A stretch of DNA of 57,885 nt from Candidatus Micrarchaeota archaeon (GTDB taxonomy: Archaea; Micrarchaeota; Micrarchaeia; Norongarragalinales; UBA8480). Of the stretch, positions 35,471 to 43,418 are shown in pieces. The notes below the pieces were generated by a model that saw only the letters and a program-made list of their open reading frames with translations, made no database searches and had not been told where the DNA came from. The first letter of the stretch is position 1. Each line of letters starts with the position of its first letter. The position numbers and the translations under genes are program-made. The stretch is taken from positions 1 to 57,885 of the forward strand of contig JAKAOM010000004.1 of NCBI GenBank assembly GCA_021812145.1, read 5' to 3'.

Positions 35471-36391
35471 ATGATAAAACTGCTTGATGAAAAATTTGAA
35501 AAGGGCGTTAAACCCTCTGAGCGCAGCGTTGAAGAAAAGCTTAGATTCGGGTTGCTGGTGGTGGACAAACCCATAGGACCCACAAGTCATGAAACCGCTA
35601 GCTTTGTCAAGAAAATTCTTAATCTAAGCAAGACTGGCCACACTGGAACTCTTGACTTCAACGTTTCAGGAGTCTTGGTGGTTCTTCTTGAAAATTCCTG
35701 CAAGACGGCTGTTTTGTTTAAAAATCATGAAAAAACCTATTTTGGCGTTTTCGAACTTGGGAAGGACTTGGACGAGGACAAGATAAAAGAAGCTATGACT
35801 TTTTTTGTGGGGGAGATTTACCAGAAGCCTCCTCTTGCCAGCGCGGTGGCAAAGAAGCTCAGAACTAGGAAAGTATACGAATTTGAATTTCTTGAAAAAA
35901 GAGGCGTCAAAGTTTTATTCAAGGCTAGAGTTGATGCCGGAACTTATATCAGAACTCTTTGTTTTCATGTAGGCGAATTTTTGGGTGTTGGCGCTGAAAT
36001 GATTGAACTTAGAAGAACCGAAAGCGGGGTTTTCACAGAAAAACAATCAGTTATTCTTCAAAAACTTGTGGATTCCCAATGGCTTTACCTGCAGGGGAAG
36101 CCTGAATTTCTAGACAGGCTTGTTTTGAACGTTGAGGACGCTTTGAATCTTATGAAAGTAAAAAGAGTAGTTGCCAGCGATTACGCGCTTCACTCAATCT
36201 CAACAGGAGCTAATCTTGCAATACCAGGTATTGTAGAAATGGATGATTTTGAAAAGGGTGAAACCGTAGGCATTTTCACAGGCAAAGGCGAGATTGTGTG
36301 CATTGGAAAAACGCTTATGAGTTCTGCGGAGATTTCTAAATTGAAAAAGGGCATTGCAATAGATATCGAACGGGTAGTGCACGCTTTTTGA
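35471..36391 (+). CDS. cbf5: H/ACA RNP pseudouridine synthase Cbf5 (TruB family) with PUA domain
   Basis: 306 aa with VVDKPIGPTSHE and GHTGTLD catalytic motifs and a C-terminal PUA-like region. Confidence 0.9.
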   Translation: MIKLLDEKFEKGVKPSERSVEEKLRFGLLVVDKPIGPTSHETASFVKKILNLSKTGHTGTLDFNVSGVLVVLLENSCKTAVLFKNHEKTYFGVFELGKDLDEDKIKEAMTFFVGEIYQKPPLASAVAKKLRTRKVYEFEFLEKRGVKVLFKARVDAGTYIRTLCFHVGEFLGVGAEMIELRRTESGVFTEKQSVILQKLVDSQWLYLQGKPEFLDRLVLNVEDALNLMKVKRVVASDYALHSISTGANLAIPGIVEMDDFEKGETVGIFTGKGEIVCIGKTLMSSAEISKLKKGIAIDIERVVHAF

Positions 36392-36399
36392 ATTTTAGT

Positions 36400-36678
36400 T
36401 TATTTTTTTTCGTTTATCTCTTTTTGCTTGTATAATTTTTTAGCGTTTTCAACTTCCTCTATCTTTAACGGGTATGTTCTGTAATCCGAGTAGGATATTT
36501 TCAAGTTAGGGTTTTTGAATTGTTTTTTCAATTCCTTTATTTGTTCCCCTGATATTGTTTTAAGCGCCATAACCGCACCGCAGCTTTTGCAGTTCATCCA
36601 CAACGCTTCATGATTCCAGAATTGTTTGTACCCGCAGTTACCGCAGGCGATTATAGTTATTTTATTTGTTTCTGTCAT
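36400..36678 (-). CDS. zinc-ribbon protein, function unknown
   Basis: 92 aa with CGNCG...x17...CKSCG. Its start overlaps the pgk stop by 4 nt. Confidence 0.5.
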   Translation of the reverse strand: MTETNKITIIACGNCGYKQFWNHEALWMNCKSCGAVMALKTISGEQIKELKKQFKNPNLKISYSDYRTYPLKIEEVENAKKLYKQKEINEKK

Positions 36679-37889
36679 TTTGAAAACCTTCTTTTGTTTT
36701 CTTTCAGCGCTTCCACTCCTGGAAGTTTCTCTCCGCTTAGAAAGTCTAGAAGCGCTCCTCCCGCAAGACTTATGTGTGATATTTTGCTTTTATCTATTTT
36801 AAACATATCCATAGCTTCTATTATATGCCCCCCTCCCGTAAGCGTGAATGCTTTAGCCTTTTCAAAGCTTTTCAGCACGATTTCAGTTCCTTTTCTGAAT
36901 TCCTCATCCTCTATTTTACCCATAGGCCCTTTTAGATATACTGTTTTTCCAAGTTGTATTATTTCAGCGTATTTTTGGGCGGTTTCAGTTCCAATGTCTT
37001 CAATTGGGTTTCCCTGCATTTCGCTGTTTTTCTTTATTTCCCCCCTTTTGCCGTTTATTTTAACCGCGTAGTCTATTGGCCCGGCTATTTTTTCAGGGAA
37101 TTCCTGCTGCAGGCTTTTAAGGGTTTGAAGAGGCTTATCCCATTTTTTAATTTCCTCCTCTTCTTTTTCAGATAAATTCCAGCCTTTTGATTTTGCGTAG
37201 AGAACCGCCATTGTGCCACCCAATAGAATTGCCCCTACAAGGTCTTTTTCAAGAGCGTATTTCATAAGCTTGACGTCATCCTCTGGTTTCGCTCCTCCTA
37301 AAACATATACTACTGGGTTTGTGCCCCCATGTATTTTCGAGTTGCCTTCAATTTCTTTTTGCATTTGAATTCCCGCGCACGAAGGCATTTTTTGAGTGAA
37401 ACCGGTTATTGAGCAGTTGTTTCTATGGCTTACTGAGTAAGCGTCGTTTACAAAGAAATCCGCTAGAGGTGATAGTGTTTTTATCATTAGGCTGTTTGCG
37501 TGTTCTTCAGGAGTCAAGTCGAGAGTTTCCTCTGCAAGAAACCTTATATTCTGCAGAAGTATTGTTTCTCCGCTTTTCATTATTTTTATTCTTTCCCTGG
37601 CGTATTTTCCAATGGTGTCGTCTATGAATTCTACGTTAAAGCCGCATATTTTTGAGAGTTTTTCTGCGTGCTCTTCCATTGTGATGAAATCTTCATCTCC
37701 TGGCCTTCCCTGATGAGCTATTATTATTGTTTTGCAGTCCTTTGATTTTAGATATTTTATTGTTTCAACACTGGCTTCTATTCTCTCTGTTGATTCTATT
37801 CTCCCATTTTCCAGCGGGCTGTTTATGTCAAGCCTTAAAATTGCAGTTTTTCCCTGCAATGGAAGGTCTTCAAGAGTGTAGTATTCCAT
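36675..37889 (-). CDS. pgk: phosphoglycerate kinase
   Basis: 404 aa with LRLDINSP, IIAHQGRPG and a C-terminal SLAGGALLDFLSG. Confidence 0.9.
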   Translation of the reverse strand: MEYYTLEDLPLQGKTAILRLDINSPLENGRIESTERIEASVETIKYLKSKDCKTIIIAHQGRPGDEDFITMEEHAEKLSKICGFNVEFIDDTIGKYARERIKIMKSGETILLQNIRFLAEETLDLTPEEHANSLMIKTLSPLADFFVNDAYSVSHRNNCSITGFTQKMPSCAGIQMQKEIEGNSKIHGGTNPVVYVLGGAKPEDDVKLMKYALEKDLVGAILLGGTMAVLYAKSKGWNLSEKEEEEIKKWDKPLQTLKSLQQEFPEKIAGPIDYAVKINGKRGEIKKNSEMQGNPIEDIGTETAQKYAEIIQLGKTVYLKGPMGKIEDEEFRKGTEIVLKSFEKAKAFTLTGGGHIIEAMDMFKIDKSKISHISLAGGALLDFLSGEKLPGVEALKENKRRFSK

Positions 37890-37899
37890 TTTCTAGTTT

Positions 37900-38967
37900 T
37901 TATTTATAAATATAGTTAGATAGTTCAACAAGTTTTGTCGAATAACCATACTCGTTGTCATACCATGAGAATATCTTAGCCAAATCTCCTATAGTGTTGG
38001 TTAGTTTTCCATCTATTATTGCTGTGTGGGTTTCCCCTTTAATGTCTGAAGAAACTAGTTCTTCCTCAGAGTATCTCATAACCCCCTTCATTCTGGTTTC
38101 GCTTGCCTTTTTCAGCGCTTCGTTGATTTGCTCTTTTGTCACTGTTTTTTCAAGCTGCAGTGTCAAATCGCTTATCGACCCTACCGGCACTGGAACTCTA
38201 AGTGATATTCCGTCCATTTTTCCTTTCAATTCCGGAATTACCTCATAGATTGCCTTGGCGGCTCCGGTTGAGGTTGGAATGGTGTTTATTGCAGCTGCCC
38301 TTGCCCTTCTCAAGTCTTTGTGGGGCAAATCCAGAATTCTTTGGTCATTTGTATATGCGTGTGCTGTTGTCAAGAATCCCTTAATTATTTTGAATTCGTC
38401 GATCACTACTTTAAGCGGGGGGGCTATAGAGTTTGTGGTGCAGGATGCCATTGATACTATCTGCATTGAAGGATTGTATTTTTCCTGATTTACTCCCATT
38501 ACTATTGTAGCGTCGGGGTTTTTTGCCGGTGCGCTTATGATTACTTTTTTAGCTCCTGCTGTAATATGCTTTAGCGCTTCGTTTCTTTCAGTGAACAGCC
38601 CGCTGCTTTCTATCACCAATTCCACTCCATAATCCTTCCATGGAAGTTGAAGGGGGTCTTTGACAGCAAGGATTTTTATTTCGCTTCCGTTGAACGCTAG
38701 CGTTGTTTCAGAACTTGTGACATTGTCTTGAAGCGTTCCGAAGCTTGAATCGTATTTTAAAAGATGCGCTAAAGTTTTTGCGTCTGTCAAGTCGTTTATC
38801 GCCACTATTTCAAACTTGCTCTTAAACTCCTGATTTTGCATGGCCGCTCTGAAGAACAGTCTTCCAATCCTGCCGAACCCATTTATTGCAACTTTAATCA
38901 TTCTAGCATCACTGTTTTTTGTTTGGCTCTCCTGTTTTTTAAGCTTTTTCTTTTCAGCTATTTTCAC
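37900..38967 (-). CDS. gap: glyceraldehyde-3-phosphate dehydrogenase, class I (bacterial/eukaryotic type)
   Basis: INGFGRIGR, ASCTTNSIAP (catalytic Cys) and WYDNEYGYS. The track start is a GTG at 38967, which adds a 22-aa Lys-rich leader. The ATG at 38901 (MIKVAINGFGRIGR) is an equally plausible start. Confidence 0.9.
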   Translation of the reverse strand: MKIAEKKKLKKQESQTKNSDARMIKVAINGFGRIGRLFFRAAMQNQEFKSKFEIVAINDLTDAKTLAHLLKYDSSFGTLQDNVTSSETTLAFNGSEIKILAVKDPLQLPWKDYGVELVIESSGLFTERNEALKHITAGAKKVIISAPAKNPDATIVMGVNQEKYNPSMQIVSMASCTTNSIAPPLKVVIDEFKIIKGFLTTAHAYTNDQRILDLPHKDLRRARAAAINTIPTSTGAAKAIYEVIPELKGKMDGISLRVPVPVGSISDLTLQLEKTVTKEQINEALKKASETRMKGVMRYSEEELVSSDIKGETHTAIIDGKLTNTIGDLAKIFSWYDNEYGYSTKLVELSNYIYK

Positions 38968-39017
38968 TCGTTACTAATTGTTTAAAAGGCTTATTAGGTC
39001 AATAAATGCTTTTTTAA

Positions 39018-39704
39018 ATGTTAATTTGCCTTTCTATAATCATGTTTGGCGCAAAAAGAGGAAGTCAAGGTTCGTTTTTTAAAGGAAGAGCGGAATTGCG
39101 AAAGGAGTTAGGAGACCTCCCGATTAGAAGAGAGGATTACGGTAAGATTGAAAAATGGAATTTAAATGAAAGTCAGCTTTCTGATTTCAAGCTTTTTGCT
39201 TTGAAAGTTCACAAACACCTTTTGCATAACCCGACATTGGCTACTTTGGATGATCTGAAGAAATCCTATCCTTTAAACCCTCTCTTGCAAATTCCCAAAT
39301 TTTTAACTGTTGAGAGGTACAATGAATCGTTTGATCTTTTCAAGGCTTTTCACGAAAAGAAGGAAGAATATCTTTCAGATGTCGCATACTTTGACAATAA
39401 GTTTGATCTAATTCAAGGCCATTTTAACTCTTTGTTTAATAATTCAAATTTTGCAGGCGAGCTTCAAAAAAAGTATCCTCATGCTTTTGATTATTTCTTC
39501 ATCAATCAAAAAGGTATTTTCAAGAGCGGAAGGCTTGGTTTTAAGAAACCTATTATTCTTGGAGGTAAGATAGGCGAGTTGTCGTTCTACAGTAATATTA
39601 AGGGGTTGGAGTGGAGTAAAATTGAAAAGTTGAAGGGAGCGCGGTTGAATGAAGAAAATATTAAGAAAACAATGGCAAAAATGGAAAGAATTCTCGTTGC
39701 TTAG
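39018..39704 (+). CDS. hypothetical protein
   Basis: 228 aa. I recognise no family. Confidence 0.4.
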   Translation: MLICLSIIMFGAKRGSQGSFFKGRAELRKELGDLPIRREDYGKIEKWNLNESQLSDFKLFALKVHKHLLHNPTLATLDDLKKSYPLNPLLQIPKFLTVERYNESFDLFKAFHEKKEEYLSDVAYFDNKFDLIQGHFNSLFNNSNFAGELQKKYPHAFDYFFINQKGIFKSGRLGFKKPIILGGKIGELSFYSNIKGLEWSKIEKLKGARLNEENIKKTMAKMERILVA

Positions 39705-40228
39705 CCTGTTAGATATATTTTCCCGATTGTTTTATGTTCAAACCCCTCTGAAGTTAAAACGCTTTTTTTGAGGAGAATTTCATCGACTTTGAAGCCTCCG
39801 AATTCTTTCTTGTTTTCTTCAATCAATTTTTCAAGGTTGCATTTCTCCCTTATTCTCCCAAGAGTCAGGTGTGGTTGGAATTCTCTATCCTCTGTTTCTA
39901 TTCCAGCTTCTTCGGCCATTTTTTTAATCTCCACATTTAGATTCTTGATTTCGCTACTTTCAACCCCCGCCCAGAAAACTTGGGGTTTTTTTTCTGATGG
40001 GAAAGCGCCTGTGTTTTTTATTTTTACTTCAAAACTTTTGAAATTTAACTTTTCAGTTTTTTTAATCAACCTCTCTATTTTTTCTTCACTAACCTCCCCA
40101 AGGAACAGAAGCGTAATATGCAATTGTCCTTCTTTAGCAAGGGTTGACTTGCATTTTACCTTTTTTTGGATTTGGATTAGCTTTTGTTTTATTTCTTCAG
40201 GGATCTCTATTGAAAAAAAACAGCGCAT
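39701..40228 (-). CDS. thpR: RNA 2',3'-cyclic phosphodiesterase (2H phosphoesterase, ThpR/LigT family)
   Basis: 175 aa with two H-x-T-x motifs, HITLLFLG and HLTLGR. Confidence 0.85.
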   Translation of the reverse strand: MRCFFSIEIPEEIKQKLIQIQKKVKCKSTLAKEGQLHITLLFLGEVSEEKIERLIKKTEKLNFKSFEVKIKNTGAFPSEKKPQVFWAGVESSEIKNLNVEIKKMAEEAGIETEDREFQPHLTLGRIREKCNLEKLIEENKKEFGGFKVDEILLKKSVLTSEGFEHKTIGKIYLTG

Positions 40229-40289
40229 TTAAAATCTATTTTTAGAATTTAGCGAAAGAGTTATTTATTTTTTCGCTTTAACTTTTTTC

Positions 40290-41948
40290 ATGCGCTTGGT
40301 TTGGAGAATTGGAGGCAAAGCAGGAGAGGGAATCAACAATGCTGGTTTGATTTTTGCCAAAACCTTCATGCGTGCCGGTTTTCATGTTTTCATGAATACT
40401 GAGCTTCCATCACTTATAAGAGGAGGTCACAATATTGCAACAGTTAGAGTGGACGATAAAAAAATAGCCTGCCCTGTCAATGGCGTCGACATTCTGGTAG
40501 CCCTGGATCAGACTACTGCTGATTCGTACAGGGAAGAGTCAAAAAATATTGTTTTCGGCGAGGGGGTTAAAGCAGAGGGTTTTTTTGTTCCACTGCAGGG
40601 AGTGGTTGACGAAGTAGGCGGGGATAGTGTTATGCGGAATTCAGTTGCTTTGGGTTTCAGCATAGGTCTTGCCGGGCTAGACTTCAAATTTTTGAAAAAC
40701 GTTTTAGAGGATGATTTTAAAAGCAAGGGAGAAACGGTTCTAGGTGCGAATTTGAAGTGCGCTGAAAAGGGTTTTGAAATCGCTTCCAAGCTTAAATTTC
40801 ACATGGTTCTTGAACCTTTGAAAAGTGAAGGCAAGGAAAGTAAGAGGATTTTGATTTCAGGCAATCACGCTATTGCCTTCGGATCTTTGAAGGGAGGATG
40901 CAGGTTTTTTTCAGCCTATCCTATGACTCCCGCCTCTCCAATGATGGAGTACCTTGCCCCTTTGGAAAGAGACTTAGGTATTGTAATGAAACAAGTTGAG
41001 GATGAGATTGCTGCAGTAAACATGGCTATAGGCGCTTCTTACGCAGGGGCTAGGAGCATGGCGTTTACAAGTGGAGGGGGTTTTAGCTTGATGGTGGAGG
41101 GTTTGGGTTTAAGCGGTATGACCGAAACGCCTGTTGTCATAGCTGAAGTTCAACGGCCAGGTCCAAGCACAGGACTTCCAACTAGGACCGGACAGGAAGA
41201 TTTTAAGTTTGTTTTAAGCGCTTCTCAGGGTGAGTTTCCAAGAATTGTGGTTGCGCCAGGCGATTGTGAGGAGCTTTTTGAAGAGTCTACGCGTTTATTT
41301 AATCTTGTTGAGAAGTACCAAGTTCCTGGAATTTTGCTGAGTGACAAGTTTCTGAGCGAGAGTTTCGTTGACTGCGCTCCTCTTGAAACTCAAATAAAGA
41401 ACGAGCGTTTCTTGATTGATAAAACTGCTGGAGTTTACAAAAGATACTCCCTTACCGAGACTGGTGTTTCGCCAAGGGCGGTTCCTGGAAGCGATTTAAT
41501 TTTCAGGTCTACGAGCGACGAGCATGACGAGGAGGGTTATTTTGACGAGGATGCTGAGAATAGAGTTAAAATGACTGAGAAGAGATGGGGAAAGGTTAAG
41601 TTTATCAAAAAAGATCTGAAGAAGCCTGAACTCGTTGATAATGGAGGTGATTTGACGCTTGTTGGCACTGGATCTACTAAAAACGTGATAAGGGAAGCGG
41701 TTGAAGTTTTGAAGGGAAAAGTTAAGGTCAATCATCTTCACGTTCTTTACCTATCCCCGTTTCAGGAAGAGGTTGTTAAGATTTTAGAGTCTGCAGGAAC
41801 TGTTGTTTGCGTTGAAAATAATTACACCGGCCAGCTTGCGAGTATTTTAAGGGAGAATGGTTTTGAAGTAGACTACCACCTTTTGAAGTTTGATGGCAGG
41901 CCATTTACCGTTGACGAGGTTGTGGAGAGGGTTTTGAATTTGAGGTAA
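40290..41948 (+). CDS. 2-oxoacid:ferredoxin oxidoreductase, alpha subunit (gamma-alpha fusion)
   Basis: 552 aa. The N-terminal gamma-like GGKAGEGINNAG region is followed by an alpha domain with GNHAIAFGSLKGGCRFFSAYPMTPAS. Confidence 0.85.
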   Translation: MRLVWRIGGKAGEGINNAGLIFAKTFMRAGFHVFMNTELPSLIRGGHNIATVRVDDKKIACPVNGVDILVALDQTTADSYREESKNIVFGEGVKAEGFFVPLQGVVDEVGGDSVMRNSVALGFSIGLAGLDFKFLKNVLEDDFKSKGETVLGANLKCAEKGFEIASKLKFHMVLEPLKSEGKESKRILISGNHAIAFGSLKGGCRFFSAYPMTPASPMMEYLAPLERDLGIVMKQVEDEIAAVNMAIGASYAGARSMAFTSGGGFSLMVEGLGLSGMTETPVVIAEVQRPGPSTGLPTRTGQEDFKFVLSASQGEFPRIVVAPGDCEELFEESTRLFNLVEKYQVPGILLSDKFLSESFVDCAPLETQIKNERFLIDKTAGVYKRYSLTETGVSPRAVPGSDLIFRSTSDEHDEEGYFDEDAENRVKMTEKRWGKVKFIKKDLKKPELVDNGGDLTLVGTGSTKNVIREAVEVLKGKVKVNHLHVLYLSPFQEEVVKILESAGTVVCVENNYTGQLASILRENGFEVDYHLLKFDGRPFTVDEVVERVLNLR

Positions 41949-41964
41949 TTTGAAGTGGTTTTAA

Positions 41965-42804
41965 ATGAAAGTTGAAGATTTGAACACCAAAACAACGCCG
42001 CACTGGTGTCCTGGCTGCGGGGATTATGGCATTTTAAATGCTTTGAAGTCGGCGTTGGTTGAGTTGAATATTGAACGTAAAAATACGGTGTTGGTTTCAG
42101 GTATAGGGTGTGCAAGCAAGATTCCCCAGTGGATTAACATCTTCGGTTTTCACACTCTTCACGGAAGGTTTTTGCCAGTAGCAACTGGAGTTAAACTTGC
42201 TAATAAGGATTTGACTGTGATTGCGGCCGGAGGAGACGGGGATTCTCTAGGTATTGGCTTGGGTCATTTTGTGCATTCTTGCAGGAGGAATATTGATATT
42301 ACAACTATAATTTTCGACAATGCTATTTACGGTTTGACAACCGGCCAAACATCTCCAACAAGCCAGAAGGGTTTTGTTTCCAAATCAACTCCTTTCGGCA
42401 GCATTGAAAACCCGGTTAATCCAGTCTCTCTTGCAATCGCTTCAGGCGCCACTTTTGTCGCAAGAGGCTTCGCAGGGGATGTTAAGGGATTATCCTCGCT
42501 AATTGTTGAAGGGATTAAGCACAAGGGTTTCAGCGTTATAGACGTTCTCCAGCCTTGCGTTACTTTTAATCATGTCAACACCTACGATTTTTACTCAAAG
42601 AGAGTTTACAAAGTTGATGCGACTTCTGATAAAATCAAAGCCTTTGAACGCAGTTTAGAGTTCGGTGAGAGGATTCCAACAGGTGTTTTTTTCAAGGAAG
42701 ACCGGGAAACCCTGATTGATCAAATGCCGCAATTGAAGGGAGAAGCGTTGAGCAGAAGAGTTTTGGATGTTGATTTAAAAAAGGTTTTTGAAAAATTCGT
42801 TTAA
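41965..42804 (+). CDS. 2-oxoacid:ferredoxin oxidoreductase, beta (TPP-binding) subunit
   Basis: 279 aa with WCPGCGDYGIL, SGIGCAS and AAGGDGDSLGIG. Confidence 0.85.
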   Translation: MKVEDLNTKTTPHWCPGCGDYGILNALKSALVELNIERKNTVLVSGIGCASKIPQWINIFGFHTLHGRFLPVATGVKLANKDLTVIAAGGDGDSLGIGLGHFVHSCRRNIDITTIIFDNAIYGLTTGQTSPTSQKGFVSKSTPFGSIENPVNPVSLAIASGATFVARGFAGDVKGLSSLIVEGIKHKGFSVIDVLQPCVTFNHVNTYDFYSKRVYKVDATSDKIKAFERSLEFGERIPTGVFFKEDRETLIDQMPQLKGEALSRRVLDVDLKKVFEKFV

Positions 42805-42882
42805 AACCCTTTAGACCATTTTATTTTTGAATTTTAAAAATTAAGGTTGTTTTTTTATTTTTTTCCATTTTAAACCTAATTA

Positions 42883-43392
42883 ATGAAAAATAGGTTTTTT
42901 GAACTTGCGGTTTCTTTTACCTTTGGCTTTCTTTTCATTTCAATCCCCCTTTACCTTTTCCTAAACCTAACTATTCTTCCAGAGTGGCTTGCGGCCTTCC
43001 TTTCGCAGGCTGTTTTGGGTTTTCTAGGCAACGGCTTTATTTTGTTTTGGAGCGGTGGGTTTCCCGCTTTGACAAACGGCCTGTACTCTGTTCAGATTGT
43101 CAGCCTATGCAGCGGGGTTCTGGAAATTTCCGTCTTGGCGGGAATAATCCTGGCGAGCATGGACGTTTCTTTTAGAAAAAGATTGGAAGGCATTGCCTTT
43201 GGCGTTGTTTTCATAGAGTTTATAAACGTTTCAAGGATTGTTCTGAGCGTTTTGGCTTTGGGTTCTGGCAGTTTTGTTTTTTTCCACGATTTTCTTTTCA
43301 GGCTCACGTTGATTATAGGAATCGTGATGTTTTACTTCTTCTGGTACGTTCTCGTTGAAAAACAGGGATTTGGCGTTAGAGCAAAGTTTTAA
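42883..43392 (+). CDS. small exosortase/archaeosortase-family-like membrane protein
   Basis: 169 aa with about 5 TM helices. VSLCSGVLE (Cys76), FINVSRIV (Asn115-x-x-Arg118) and FFHDF (His135) occur in the order and spacing I associate with the exosortase/archaeosortase core. Confidence 0.55.
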   Translation: MKNRFFELAVSFTFGFLFISIPLYLFLNLTILPEWLAAFLSQAVLGFLGNGFILFWSGGFPALTNGLYSVQIVSLCSGVLEISVLAGIILASMDVSFRKRLEGIAFGVVFIEFINVSRIVLSVLALGSGSFVFFHDFLFRLTLIIGIVMFYFFWYVLVEKQGFGVRAKF

Positions 43393-43418
43393 AAGTTTGA
43401 ATTTTTCTATGTTTAAAC

